A stretch of 64,000 bases of DNA from an uncultured Clostridia bacterium (lineage in GTDB: Bacteria; Acidobacteriota; Blastocatellia; HR10), in the NCBI GenBank assembly GCA_964615335.1, contig CAZTMT010000012.1, positions 21,962 through 85,961 of the forward strand, read 5' to 3'. Shown here piece by piece: positions 27,698 to 37,792 of the stretch (positions are counted from its first letter, which is position 1; every line of letters begins with the position of its first letter). Below the pieces are notes generated by a model that saw only the letters and a list, made by a program, of their open reading frames with translations, was not told the origin of the DNA and did not search any database. The position numbers were made by a program, and so were the translations under genes.

Positions 27698-28501
27698 TCA
27701 GGCGCCGCTCCGCAAAAATGCGATCACGAGGCGGTTGAACTCTTCGGCATGCTCGATGAAGACCAGGTGTCGCGCGCCCGGAAAAACGTGCAGTCGCGAA
27801 CCTGAGATCCTCTGGGCCAAGCGACGCGAATTCTCCGCCGGAACGATGGGGTCATCATCGCCGGTCACAATGAGTGTGGGAGCGCGCAGCGCGCCTAACC
27901 GCGATTCCGTCTCAAAGCCGAGACAGGCGGCGAACTGCCGCTGCCAGGCCTGAGGCGACGGCAGATGTGCTTTCCTCAACTCAAGGAACTCCTCGATGAG
28001 ATCAGGACGCTCAGCGATGAACCGATCGCTGAAGCGGAGCCGGAGCCCCCGGCGCAAAGCGGCCTCGGGATTTTCCGTCTGTAGCTCCGAGACCATCTGC
28101 ATCGCTGTCTCCGAAGACATGAGGACAGCATTTCTCCCCCCGAAACTGGTGGAGACCAACACCAGGCGGGCCACGAGTTCCGGATGACCGAGCGCCAGCT
28201 CTTGAGCGATGTAGCCGCCCATCGAATGACCGAGCACGTGCGCACGTTTGATCTCCAGCGCTCGGAGCAGTCCCGCGGCATCCTCGGCCATCATTGTGAT
28301 GGTGTACTCGACCTCGGGCTTATCCGAGAGGCCCACACCTCGATTGTCAAACGCGATCACCGTGAAGGCTCGTGAGAACTCGGGGATTTGCCGATACCAG
28401 CTCCAGGCGCCAAATCCCAACCCGGCAATCAGCAGCAGAGGCTCCCCGGCGCCCCGCACGTCATAATAAAGTTCGATCCCGTTGACCCGGATCCTGGGCA
28501 T
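27698..28501 (-). CDS. alpha/beta hydrolase (intact catalytic triad)
   Basis: HVLGHSMGGYIA nucleophile elbow, ...GDDDPIV..., ...HLVFIEH. Start at ATG 28501 (MPRIRVNGIELYY). Confidence 0.8.
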   Translation of the reverse strand: MPRIRVNGIELYYDVRGAGEPLLLIAGLGFGAWSWYRQIPEFSRAFTVIAFDNRGVGLSDKPEVEYTITMMAEDAAGLLRALEIKRAHVLGHSMGGYIAQELALGHPELVARLVLVSTSFGGRNAVLMSSETAMQMVSELQTENPEAALRRGLRLRFSDRFIAERPDLIEEFLELRKAHLPSPQAWQRQFAACLGFETESRLGALRAPTLIVTGDDDPIVPAENSRRLAQRISGSRLHVFPGARHLVFIEHAEEFNRLVIAFLRSGA

Positions 28502-28524
28502 GCGCCCCCCCGGTCGCCCTCGTT

Positions 28525-29949
28525 TCACCCCAGATTCAAGACCAGAACTCGCAGCTCAGTCATCTCTTCGATCGCCGAGCGCACGCCTTCGCGTCCGAAG
28601 CCGGACTCTTTGACGCCGCCGTAGGGCATGTGATCGGCGCGATAGGTGGGCACATCGTTGATGATCACCCCGCCGACCTCAAGTTCGCTATAGGCGCGGA
28701 AGATGCGCTGCACATCACGCGTGAAGACGCCCGCCTGCAATCCATAGCGCGAGGCGTTGACCAGGCGAAGGGCCTCCTCGAACTCGGTGTACCGGCTGAC
28801 GACGACCAGGGGCGCGAACACTTCTTCGCAACTCACTTTCATGTCCGGCGTCACCTCGGTCAGGACCGTCGGCATGAAAAGCGCCCCATGACGCTCGCCC
28901 CCCACCAGAACTTTCGCGCCGGCTTGGACGGCTTCTTTCACCCACATCTCAACGCGTTCGGCCGCTGCCAGACTGATCATCGGACCCACATCGGTTGTCT
29001 CCTCCTTCGGATCCCCGACGACGAGGTTCCTGACCCCCTGCCGGAGCTTCTCCAAAAAGGGCTCGTACACGCTCTGGTGCACGAAGATCCGCTGCACCGA
29101 GATGCACGTCTGACCGGCATAGGCGAAACCGCCCTGCACCGAGCGCCAGGCCGCATACTCCAGATCGGCATCCTCGTGCACAACGACGGCAGCATTTCCT
29201 CCCAATTCCAATGTCACCTTCTTCTTAGGCACCTTTGCCTTCAACATCCAGCCCACCGCCGCACTTCCGGTAAACGTGAGCATCTTAATCCGTTCGTCCA
29301 GCAGCATCTGCTCGGCCACGACATTCGAGCAGGGGAGGACGCTGAGGCCTCCCTCAGGCCAGCCCGCTTCCTGAACGATCTCCCCGAGCGTCAGAGCCGA
29401 GAGCGGCGTTTGCGGGGACGGCTTGATGAGAATCGGGTTTCCCGACGCGATGGCGGGAGCGACCTTGTGCGCGACCAGATTCACAGGGAAATTAAACGGC
29501 GTGATGCCGAGAATCGGACCAATGGGAAAGCGCCGCACAATGGCCCAGCGGCGTTCGGAACCCGGGAGCCAATCAAGCGGCATCAGCTCGCCGCCCAGAC
29601 GCTTGGCCTCCTCGGCCGCTGCGCGGAAGGTCGCGATCGCACGCGTGACCTCCAGACGCGCATCACGGATCGGTTTGCCCGCCTCGCGCGTGATGATCTC
29701 TGCCACCTCATCTTTACGCTCGGCGAGCCGCTCGGCTACACGATGACACACATCCGCCCGCACATAGGAGGGGAGATCGCGCGTCACCCGGAAGGCAGCA
29801 GCCGCCCGCGCGATCGCCTCCGCGACGTCTTCAGAGGAGGCCAAGCTGACCACCGCGACGACTTCCTGAGTATAAGGATCGCGAACCTCGGCTCTCTCAG
29901 CCGAGAAGCGATGCTCTCCTCCCACGAGAAAGGGATATTCCTTCGCCAT
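28525..29949 (-). CDS. NAD(P)+-dependent aldehyde dehydrogenase
   Basis: FPVNLVAHKVAPAIASGN, ELGGNAA (catalytic Glu), GQTCISVQR (catalytic Cys), and PYGGVKESGFGRE are classic ALDH motifs. Confidence 0.9.
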   Translation of the reverse strand: MAKEYPFLVGGEHRFSAERAEVRDPYTQEVVAVVSLASSEDVAEAIARAAAAFRVTRDLPSYVRADVCHRVAERLAERKDEVAEIITREAGKPIRDARLEVTRAIATFRAAAEEAKRLGGELMPLDWLPGSERRWAIVRRFPIGPILGITPFNFPVNLVAHKVAPAIASGNPILIKPSPQTPLSALTLGEIVQEAGWPEGGLSVLPCSNVVAEQMLLDERIKMLTFTGSAAVGWMLKAKVPKKKVTLELGGNAAVVVHEDADLEYAAWRSVQGGFAYAGQTCISVQRIFVHQSVYEPFLEKLRQGVRNLVVGDPKEETTDVGPMISLAAAERVEMWVKEAVQAGAKVLVGGERHGALFMPTVLTEVTPDMKVSCEEVFAPLVVVSRYTEFEEALRLVNASRYGLQAGVFTRDVQRIFRAYSELEVGGVIINDVPTYRADHMPYGGVKESGFGREGVRSAIEEMTELRVLVLNLG

Positions 29950-29961
29950 ACAGCCTCCGAT

Positions 29962-32900
29962 TCACCAGTTCATCTTCAGCGCAAACTGAATCACGCGTGG
30001 GCCTGTGCTCGCGCTCGAAATTCGTCCGAACGCCGCCGAGAGGATGTTCGAGTCGGGATTGGCAAAACTCGGCGTGTTCGTCAGGTTGAAGAACTCCGCG
30101 CGAAATTCCACACGCACTGTCTCCGTGATCGGGATGAACTTGATGAGAGAGAAGTCGATATTGCGCTGATCCGGCCCGCGCAGGATATTGCGTCCCGTGT
30201 TGCCAAAGGGCGCGCGCGGATCAAACGTCGTTCCCAGCGGCGGGACGAATGCTGCCGTGTTAAAAAAGCGTGTCAGACGAGCCGTGACCGGTCCCTTCAG
30301 GTTGGCGGAGCCGCGGAAGCCCGGTGCGAAATTGGCGCGCGTCAGGTTCGTTCCCCCTCCGCCCCCTGTGGCGAAGACCGTGAAGGGCAGCCCGGATTGA
30401 AACACGGCCACGCCCGCGATCTGCCAGTCGTTGAGCAGACGCTTCCCCAAGCCGGAATCGCCGCCGTAGAACTTTGGCAAGTCGTAGGTGAAACTGTAGA
30501 CGAACCGATGCCGACGGTCCCAGTCCGAGAACCCGCGATTCAGGCGATGGTTCTGCTGATCTCCGGGATTGGCGGCCAGATCGCCCGCCAGAGGCCCCGA
30601 ATTCGTGTCTATGGATTTGCTCAACGTGTAGGAGGCCAGAAACGAGAGCCCCCGACTCAAACGCTTGGTCACCGACAGCTGCAGCGAGTGATAGTACGAC
30701 TGGCCCGTCGATTGAATCAGATGGAAGCCCGCGGCGATATTGCCGTTGTGGGAGAAAGCGGGAAATGGCCTGAGGAATTGCCCGCTCGCGCGGTCGAAGA
30801 TGGGTTGACTGAGGCTGAAAAGCTGCACGAGCTTCACCCCCCGCGTCCCCATGTAGCCGATCTCAAAGAGGAAATCCCGAAGTCCCTCCCACTGCACGTT
30901 CAGGCCGAACTGATGGGTGTAGGGGGTGCGAAAACCGCGATCCAGATAGACGCCCGAGATGGGAATCGGATTGCCGAATTGATCCCGCAAGGGCGAGGGG
31001 ATCTCTGGTACGACCGGAAAGGCACCAGGAGGCGGGACCTGAAGGAACGGACGCTGGAAGGGCAAGCCGAGCGCGCGCGCGACCGGAGCCGAAAAGCCCA
31101 ACGTCTGCAGCAGCCGCGAGCCCGCACCCACCGGGAGGACGAACAACGGGTAGTTGAAGAGTTGAATCCCCCCGCCGATCTGCCCCGAAGTGCGCTGGTA
31201 GTAGAGGCCATAGCCGCCCCTGAGGACCAAACGATCGTAAGCGCGCAGAGGCTTCCAGGCGAATCCGAAACGGGGCGCCCAGTCGTTTTCGTCCTGCGGA
31301 ATGAGCGTCTCTTCGACAAGCGGCACGCCGGGGATGGGATTTCTCGCATTGCGCGGGAGGACAAATCCATTGGGAGGAGGTCCCACGCGAAAGGCCTCCG
31401 GGAAGAAGCCGACAAGCCTCCCGCGCGTCTCCGTCATATAGCCGAGAAGCTCGTAGCGCACGCCGAAGTTGAGCGTCAGCCGATCGCTCACTTTGAAGTC
31501 ATCCTGCAGGAACGCGGCCAGATCCCGGACGCGCGGCTCGCGCTCGGGATCGCCCGTTCCGATGAACGAGATGAACATGTCTCCCCGGAGAAAGTCCACG
31601 AAGTTGAGGAATTGAATGAAACCGCGATTCCAGAGGCGAAAGCGTAAGAGGAACGGGTAGTGCCTCCCCTCAAATCCGGCACGGATGTTATGCCGACCTC
31701 GAATCCAGGTGAGTGTATCCCCGTAGGTGAAGTGCTCCTGCACGACCTCCGCATCGAACAGCCCCTCCGGACCGAGAGTGAAGAGCCCGAAGACGTTGAT
31801 CTGCGGCAGGCCTGGGAAGAGGGCCTTTAAGGGACTCTCGATCCCCACCTGCGCGGCCTGGAGCGGCTCGCGCGGGATGGCCTCCAGGAAAATGCGCGCA
31901 TAACCAAAGCGCGCTTCGTTGATCAAATGGGGACCGAAGATGTACGTATTCCGCAGCGAGAAGACGCGGTTGTTCCGCTGCAGTGGCCCTCCCCAGCCGA
32001 GCGCGGCATTGGCGGGACGGATCACAAACGAGGTGATGGCGGCATCGGTCGTGTCGTTGTTGAAGAAGAACTTGCCCGAGAGCGCGTTCTTCGCGCTGAA
32101 ACGATAATCGAGGTTCACCGTGAATTGATCCTCGCGGAAGCGCGAGAGACCCGACTGCGTCAGCGTGGTGAACACTCCGCCAGCGCCGCGCGGCGGACTC
32201 GGCACGATTCGTCGGCCATCGGGAAATCGGGCATTGAGCAAGGCCAGCGCCACCGGATGGATGTCGGCCGCCGTGAGCGGCGGAGCGCCTGGCGGCAAGA
32301 GCGTATTGCCGACAGCCGCCAGCGCTTCGGCACGGCGATCATCGGTCAGCGCGGAAGGCAGGACGAGACTGGTGAGGCTGTTAATGAGCGAGGCCCCATT
32401 GCGTTCGCGCGTGCCTTGATAGGAGCCGAAAAAGAACGCCCGGTCTGTGACCAGAGGTCCGCCCAGCGTGAACCCGAATTGATTGCGCGTCAGGATCGGG
32501 CGCGGCTGTCCCGAGGCGTTCAGGAAGAAATCGTTGGCGTTGAGCACGCGGTTGCGTAAGAACTCATAGACGTTGCCGTGAAATTCGTTCGTCCCGGATT
32601 TGGTGACGGCGGCGATCATGCCTCCGCTGTTGCGGCCTTGCGAGGCATCGTAGAGGCCCGTCTGCACGATGAATTCTTGAATCGCCTCGGTCGCCGGGAC
32701 GGGGAGATTGAACGTCGAATGCAAGGCGATGGAATTGGCATCGATCCCATTGATCTGCAGGTTGTTCTGCCCCTGGCGTTGACCGTTGACTTGAATGATG
32801 GCATCGCCACGACCCACATCCGTCGTCCGCACGACCGACGCGAGCGTGCCCGGCGAGAGCGCGAGCAACTGCTGGAAGTTGCGCGTCGGCAAGGGCAGTT

Positions 32901-33342
32901 GTCGGATCGTGCGCTCTTCGATGACGCGCCCGGTCGTGGGCCGATCCGCTTGCACAAGAGGCGGCTCCCCGGTCACCGTGACGGTCTCAGCGCCCAGCGG
33001 GGCAACTTCCAGCGTAGCATCCACCGTGCTCGTCAGCGTGATGCGCACAACGACCCCTTCACGGACGAGCGTCTTAAAACCCTCTCGCTTGAACTCGATG
33101 ACGTATGTCCCCGGCGGCAAAAGCGGGACCGTGTAACTTCCCGACGCATCCGTCCTGGTCTCCCGCCGAATGCCCGTTACGACCTCCCTCACAACGACAG
33201 TCACGTCAGGAATTACAGCACCAGTGGGATCTTTAACGACCCCAGCGATCTGCCCCGTGGAGGCCGTTTGCGCGAAGATCACCCCTTGGGCCCCGATGAG
33301 GAGGAGTCCCCCGATGCTCCCCGAGAGAATCTTTCGGATCAT
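29962..33342 (-). CDS. TonB-dependent receptor with N-terminal carboxypeptidase-regulatory-like (CarboxypepD_reg) domain
   Basis: Signal peptide. GQIAGVVKDPTGAVIPDVTVVV...DASGSYTVPLLPPGTYVIEF (CarboxypepD_reg), then plug and long beta-barrel. The C-terminal beta-strand ends in aromatic FALKMNW. Start at ATG 33342 with SD GGGAGGGGAAG. Confidence 0.8.
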   Translation of the reverse strand: MIRKILSGSIGGLLLIGAQGVIFAQTASTGQIAGVVKDPTGAVIPDVTVVVREVVTGIRRETRTDASGSYTVPLLPPGTYVIEFKREGFKTLVREGVVVRITLTSTVDATLEVAPLGAETVTVTGEPPLVQADRPTTGRVIEERTIRQLPLPTRNFQQLLALSPGTLASVVRTTDVGRGDAIIQVNGQRQGQNNLQINGIDANSIALHSTFNLPVPATEAIQEFIVQTGLYDASQGRNSGGMIAAVTKSGTNEFHGNVYEFLRNRVLNANDFFLNASGQPRPILTRNQFGFTLGGPLVTDRAFFFGSYQGTRERNGASLINSLTSLVLPSALTDDRRAEALAAVGNTLLPPGAPPLTAADIHPVALALLNARFPDGRRIVPSPPRGAGGVFTTLTQSGLSRFREDQFTVNLDYRFSAKNALSGKFFFNNDTTDAAITSFVIRPANAALGWGGPLQRNNRVFSLRNTYIFGPHLINEARFGYARIFLEAIPREPLQAAQVGIESPLKALFPGLPQINVFGLFTLGPEGLFDAEVVQEHFTYGDTLTWIRGRHNIRAGFEGRHYPFLLRFRLWNRGFIQFLNFVDFLRGDMFISFIGTGDPEREPRVRDLAAFLQDDFKVSDRLTLNFGVRYELLGYMTETRGRLVGFFPEAFRVGPPPNGFVLPRNARNPIPGVPLVEETLIPQDENDWAPRFGFAWKPLRAYDRLVLRGGYGLYYQRTSGQIGGGIQLFNYPLFVLPVGAGSRLLQTLGFSAPVARALGLPFQRPFLQVPPPGAFPVVPEIPSPLRDQFGNPIPISGVYLDRGFRTPYTHQFGLNVQWEGLRDFLFEIGYMGTRGVKLVQLFSLSQPIFDRASGQFLRPFPAFSHNGNIAAGFHLIQSTGQSYYHSLQLSVTKRLSRGLSFLASYTLSKSIDTNSGPLAGDLAANPGDQQNHRLNRGFSDWDRRHRFVYSFTYDLPKFYGGDSGLGKRLLNDWQIAGVAVFQSGLPFTVFATGGGGGTNLTRANFAPGFRGSANLKGPVTARLTRFFNTAAFVPPLGTTFDPRAPFGNTGRNILRGPDQRNIDFSLIKFIPITETVRVEFRAEFFNLTNTPSFANPDSNILSAAFGRISSASTGPRVIQFALKMNW

Positions 33343-33377
33343 GTTCTTCCCCTCCCGACAATTTTTGAGACGTGATT

Positions 33378-33407
33378 CATATACCAAAAATAGGAGGAGA
33401 TTGTCAA
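33378..33407 (-). promoter_or_regulatory. candidate sigma70-type promoter for the TonB-dependent receptor gene (TTGACA-N18-TATATG on minus strand), overlapping TetR stop codon
   Basis: Minus-strand read: TTGACAatctcctcctatttttggTATATGaatcac, about 35 nt upstream of the receptor ATG. An ATTTTTG-N17-CAAAAAT inverted repeat (33361-33391) straddles the -10. Confidence 0.4.
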
Positions 33408-34669
33408 GGGCGTTTCTTCCCCGAGGGAGAAGCGGCGAGTCCGTGAAGGAGAAGGTCAATGACCGAATCGAAGATATGAGCGGGCATAGAGGCGCGTTTG
33501 GACCACGCCGCCCAGCGCAGCCCGAGGAAGTGAGCGATCCCCATCAAGCAATAGGCCAGCGTCCGGGCATCCACTGGGCGGATTTCGCCGCGTCGCATCC
33601 CTTGCGTGAGTCCCCTCACGTATCCGTCTGCCAGACGTTCGAAATACCAGCGCGCGATGGCCGGATTCGCGAACTCGGCCTCGCGGACGATCCGGTAGGC
33701 CTCCCTGTTTTGGCGGACAAAGCGAAAGAAGGCGCGAAACCCTTCGCGCTCGATCTCCCGACGATCCTGCACCCCAGCGATCGCGGCGCGCGCGTTACGC
33801 CTCAGCCGCGCGTTTATATCGCGGACCAGTTCGGCCAAGATCTCCATCTTGCTGGGGAAGTACAAGTAAAAGGCTCCCAGTGAGACGCCGGCCCGGCGCG
33901 TGATGTCCGCAATGGACGTGGCGTAAAAGCCTTTGCGCCCAAAGCACGCTTGGGCCGCCTCGAGCAACCTGCGACGCGTTTGCTCGCCCCGAGTCGGAGG
34001 AGGCTCCTGGGAGGCGATGGCATGGGACGGCGCCGCCGGCTGCGGCGAGCGCGGCCGATAGGGACGACCTGTATCGAGGCCATACAAGAGGAGATCCACG
34101 GCCCCCCGAAGTGCTGACTCCGGCACGTCGCCCGCGCCCAGAATGAGCCACTGAAGGGCCAAGAAGTGCACCACACCGATGGCGGCCACAGCCGCGACCT
34201 GAAAGTTACTCGAGCGCAATTCCCCCTGACGACGAGCCTCGGCGAAGAACTCAGCCAAAGGTCGGGTCAACCCCTCGTAGAACTGAATGTGCACGCGCCT
34301 GTTAACGAATTCGATCTGGCGGAAGATCTGGTACAGGGCCCGATTCTCCTGGATGAAAGTCAAGAATGCCCGAAAGGCCCGATACAACCGGGCGGCCACA
34401 TCGCCCTCCGTTTGCAAGGCCGCGCGGAGCTGCGCCCGCAAGGCCTTGCTGAGCCGAGCTGCCAGCTCCAAAAAGATCTCCTCCTTATTGCGGAAATAGT
34501 GGTAGAACACCCCATTGGCCACGCCCGCGCGCCGACAGATCTCCAAGACCGAAGCTTCGTGATAACTTTTGTGCTCGAAGACCTGCTTGGCCGCGGCCAG
34601 CAGCTTCTCCCGGCAGGCCAGGCCCTTGGGCGTAACGGGATATCTGACCTTTTGGCCGCTTCTGGCCAT
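33404..34669 (-). CDS. TetR/AcrR family regulator with two complete TetR modules fused in one chain (tandem/pseudo-dimeric TetR)
   Basis: Two HTH signatures (EASVLEICRRAGVANGVFYHYFRNKEEIF and YATSIADITRRAGVSLGAFYLYFPSKMEIL), each followed by a ~150-aa ligand-binding-like region. 421 aa from ATG 34669. Confidence 0.8.
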   Translation of the reverse strand: MARSGQKVRYPVTPKGLACREKLLAAAKQVFEHKSYHEASVLEICRRAGVANGVFYHYFRNKEEIFLELAARLSKALRAQLRAALQTEGDVAARLYRAFRAFLTFIQENRALYQIFRQIEFVNRRVHIQFYEGLTRPLAEFFAEARRQGELRSSNFQVAAVAAIGVVHFLALQWLILGAGDVPESALRGAVDLLLYGLDTGRPYRPRSPQPAAPSHAIASQEPPPTRGEQTRRRLLEAAQACFGRKGFYATSIADITRRAGVSLGAFYLYFPSKMEILAELVRDINARLRRNARAAIAGVQDRREIEREGFRAFFRFVRQNREAYRIVREAEFANPAIARWYFERLADGYVRGLTQGMRRGEIRPVDARTLAYCLMGIAHFLGLRWAAWSKRASMPAHIFDSVIDLLLHGLAASPSGKKRP

Positions 34670-34945
34670 TACTTCGCAGCAGCAATGTAGCACAGATGAA
34701 GAGATCCAAACAAGTGAGGCCCTCTCGCAGACTCCTCCCCCACGGATCATAAGGATTCACGACGTCCTCGGACTCGATGCGCCTTCAAGCCGGTTCAGAA
34801 CGTGTGCACGGATCCTGCCGCATGCTCATGCCCTGACGCGCCCACCGGCAAAAGCGGCGCTGCTGACGAGTCCGGAAGTTTCCCCACTCCGGCCCTCACA
34901 TGGTATGATGAGAACTCATGCGTGAGATGAGCAGGAGGAAAGAGC

Positions 34946-35914
34946 ATGCGAGCCATACGCGTACATGAGTACGGTGGGCCTGAGGTCCTGCGCCCGGAGG
35001 AAGTTCCCCTCCCGGAGCCCGGTCCGGGGGAGGCGCGCGTCAGGCTCCAAGCCATCGGCGTCAACTTCATTGACATTTACCATCGCACGGGCCTCTATCC
35101 GAATCCGCGCCCGTTCACGCCGGGAATCGAGGGCGCCGGCATTGTGGAGGCCGTCGGTCCTGACGTCACGGAGGTGCGCGTGGGGGATCGCGTCGCCTAT
35201 GCCCTTTCGCTCGGCGCGTATGCTGAATATGCGGTCGTTCCGGCCTGGAAGCTCGTCCCCCTTCCCGAAGGGATGGACAGTCTCACGGCGGCGGCGGCGA
35301 TGGTTCAGGGGCTGACGGCTCATTATCTCACGCACAGCACGCGCGCGCTCGGACCGGGCGACACGGTACTGGTCCACGCGGCGGCCGGGGGAACGGGACG
35401 GCTGATCGTCCAGATGGCCAAGCTCCGAGGCGCGCGCGTCATCGGTACGGTCTCAACCGAAGAGAAAGCCCGGCGCGCCCGCGAAGCCGGCGCCGATGAG
35501 GTCATCCTCTATACGCAAAGCGACTTCGAGGCCGAAGTGAAACGCCTGACCGACGGCCGGGGCGTTGATGTTGTCTACGATTCCGTCGGCCAGGCGACGT
35601 TCGAGAAGAGTTTGAATTGCCTGAAGCCGCGCGGCTACATGGTGCTCTTCGGGCAATCCAGCGGCCCCGTCCCGCCTCTGGATCCGCTGCTTCTCTCGAC
35701 AAAGGGATCGCTTTTTCTCACGCGCCCGCATCTGATGCACTACGCGCAGACGCGCGCGGAACTCCTTGAGCGCGCCCGCGATCTCTTCCAGTGGATTCAA
35801 CAGGGGCGAGTGACGCTGCATATTGAGCGCGTGCTGGCGCTCGAGGAGGCCGCTCAGGCCCATCGCCTCTTAGTCGAACGGCGCTCGGTGGGCAAGCTCC
35901 TGCTTCGTCCGTGA
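34946..35914 (+). CDS. qor: NADPH:quinone oxidoreductase (zeta-crystallin-like MDR, zinc-independent)
   Basis: [22 protein letters not shown], and AAGGTG Rossmann motif. 322 aa. Confidence 0.85.
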   Translation: MRAIRVHEYGGPEVLRPEEVPLPEPGPGEARVRLQAIGVNFIDIYHRTGLYPNPRPFTPGIEGAGIVEAVGPDVTEVRVGDRVAYALSLGAYAEYAVVPAWKLVPLPEGMDSLTAAAAMVQGLTAHYLTHSTRALGPGDTVLVHAAAGGTGRLIVQMAKLRGARVIGTVSTEEKARRAREAGADEVILYTQSDFEAEVKRLTDGRGVDVVYDSVGQATFEKSLNCLKPRGYMVLFGQSSGPVPPLDPLLLSTKGSLFLTRPHLMHYAQTRAELLERARDLFQWIQQGRVTLHIERVLALEEAAQAHRLLVERRSVGKLLLRP

Positions 35915-35926
35915 GTTTGCCTCCCC

Positions 35927-37642
35927 TCAGCGAGACTCGGTGGAGAGGCGGATGTTGTAGACATCCAGTGTCGTCCCCAGGACGCGTTGCAGCTCGGCGA
36001 TCGCCTTGTTATAGGCGATCAGAGCCTGCAGCTCGGCTCCGCGCGCCTGCGAGAGCTGATTCTGATATTGCAGGACGAGGAAGTTCGTGGACATTCCGGC
36101 GGCGAACCGCTCCTGTTCCCCCTCGAGCTGCTTCTCCCGGGCGATGCGTGCGGCGCGCGCGGCTTCGATGCTCTGACGCGCCGCCTCGACGTTCTGCAGC
36201 GCATTTCGGACCTCGATGGCGATCCGCTGCCGAAGCTGCTGCTCCTGATACTCCAGCGCGCGTGCCTGTGCCCGAGCCTGCCCCAGTTGCGCCTCGGCCA
36301 CGCGGTTCCGCAAGGGGAAGCTCACGCTCACCCCGATGGCCACATCGCGAAAGCGCTGGCGCAAGGCGTTGGTGACGGCCTGGCCTGCCCCTCCTAAGAA
36401 TTGCGCAGCCACGCCTCCGGCGAGAAAGGGGAATTCCGGCGGGGGAGGAGCTTGCGTCCCCGCCAGACCGAAAGAGGCATAGCGCACGAGCAGATTAATC
36501 GCCGGCCGCGTTTGATTCGCGAAGTACCGGATGTTGACATCGGTCTGCTCCTTCTGAAGCTGCAACTGCTTCAACTCCGGACGATTCAGAAGGGCCAAGC
36601 GCAGGGCGCTCTCCTCATCCAGAGTCGGAGGCACGTATTCGATGTCCTCCGTCGGCACGATATTGGCCCTCCAGAGCGGATCGTCCAGACGAGGCAGGAT
36701 CAGCCCCTTCAGCGCATTCTCGGCCAGGGTGACCTGGGCGATGGCCGCAATCAGCTCCTGATTCCGCCGTTCGATCTCCGCCAGAGATTGATGCAACTCG
36801 ATCGGGGGAAGCGTTCCCGCCTCCACGCGCTGCTGGTTCTCCTCATGCTGCCGTCGGGCCAGCTCGACGGCTTCTTGCAGGATCTCGACCTGTCGAATGG
36901 CGAAGATGAGGTCGTAATAGGCCTTCTGCACCTGCGCGATGATCTCGATGACGCGCTGGCGGAACTGGCTGTCGGAGAGATCCAGCGCCTTCTTAGCGAT
37001 TCGGATCTGCTGCTGCGCCGGATTCCACCGGAAGTTGCGCCAGAGAGGCTGCGTGAAATCCACAGCCAGTGTCGTGAAAAATTGCGGATTCAGCGTGGCG
37101 AAGATCGAGTTGGTCGTCGTGCGCTGATTGGAGAAGGTGAGCTGCCAGCTCCCTCCGGTGGGGAGCATCTGGTTCATGCCGAAATTGTACGTGAGCGTGC
37201 GGCTCCGCTGCGCGTTGGCATCGCGTCCGGCCTGAAGCCGCGAGGCGGCGGGCACCGAACGGGATTCGAATCCGAGGCCCTGCGCGGATGCCCCTCCGGC
37301 GAAACCCGTGGCTGCCAGCGCAGCCGCCGGAGGGGGGGCTCCGATCGCGATCAGGGGATCATACGCCCCTTGGGCGGCACGAAGAGCGAACTCGCTCATC
37401 TGAACCCCCACGCGCTGCACTTGAATCTCATTGTTGTTCTCCAGCGCCTTCAAAATGGCATCATGCAGCGACAGATACCACAGATTCTCCACGTCCACGC
37501 CCACGCGCTTGACCTTGAGCGGCTTCACCCGCCCCGCCGTTTGCGAGAGATCCTGCGCCCCGAGGACGCAGATGGGAAAAAGGTTGAAGACCACGATCCC
37601 TAACACCCCGAGACCGAAGGCCGTGCGGCGTTTGTCCGTCAT
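35927..37642 (-). CDS. tolC: TolC-family outer membrane efflux protein
   Basis: Signal peptide, two tandem OEP repeats, coiled-coil-rich sequence. SD GAGGAGGGA upstream of ATG 37642. Confidence 0.8.
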   Translation of the reverse strand: MTDKRRTAFGLGVLGIVVFNLFPICVLGAQDLSQTAGRVKPLKVKRVGVDVENLWYLSLHDAILKALENNNEIQVQRVGVQMSEFALRAAQGAYDPLIAIGAPPPAAALAATGFAGGASAQGLGFESRSVPAASRLQAGRDANAQRSRTLTYNFGMNQMLPTGGSWQLTFSNQRTTTNSIFATLNPQFFTTLAVDFTQPLWRNFRWNPAQQQIRIAKKALDLSDSQFRQRVIEIIAQVQKAYYDLIFAIRQVEILQEAVELARRQHEENQQRVEAGTLPPIELHQSLAEIERRNQELIAAIAQVTLAENALKGLILPRLDDPLWRANIVPTEDIEYVPPTLDEESALRLALLNRPELKQLQLQKEQTDVNIRYFANQTRPAINLLVRYASFGLAGTQAPPPPEFPFLAGGVAAQFLGGAGQAVTNALRQRFRDVAIGVSVSFPLRNRVAEAQLGQARAQARALEYQEQQLRQRIAIEVRNALQNVEAARQSIEAARAARIAREKQLEGEQERFAAGMSTNFLVLQYQNQLSQARGAELQALIAYNKAIAELQRVLGTTLDVYNIRLSTESR

Positions 37643-37792
37643 CTCCGTATCCCTCCTCACCGAAGAAAATCACTTCGACATATTTTCCGCGAGCTTCGCC
37701 TTGCGGCGCAAGGCACAGGTCTTGACAGAGGCACCTCTCTCTCCCCTACAATCCCGCCGTCACGACGACATCGGAGGAGGAGGAGGAGGAAT

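Noticed and set aside
28630-31647. 1005-aa ORF on the plus strand
   Set aside because: Antisense to the ALDH and TonB-dependent receptor genes, which have unambiguous motifs. Composition dominated by Arg/Gly/Ala/Pro/Asp runs.
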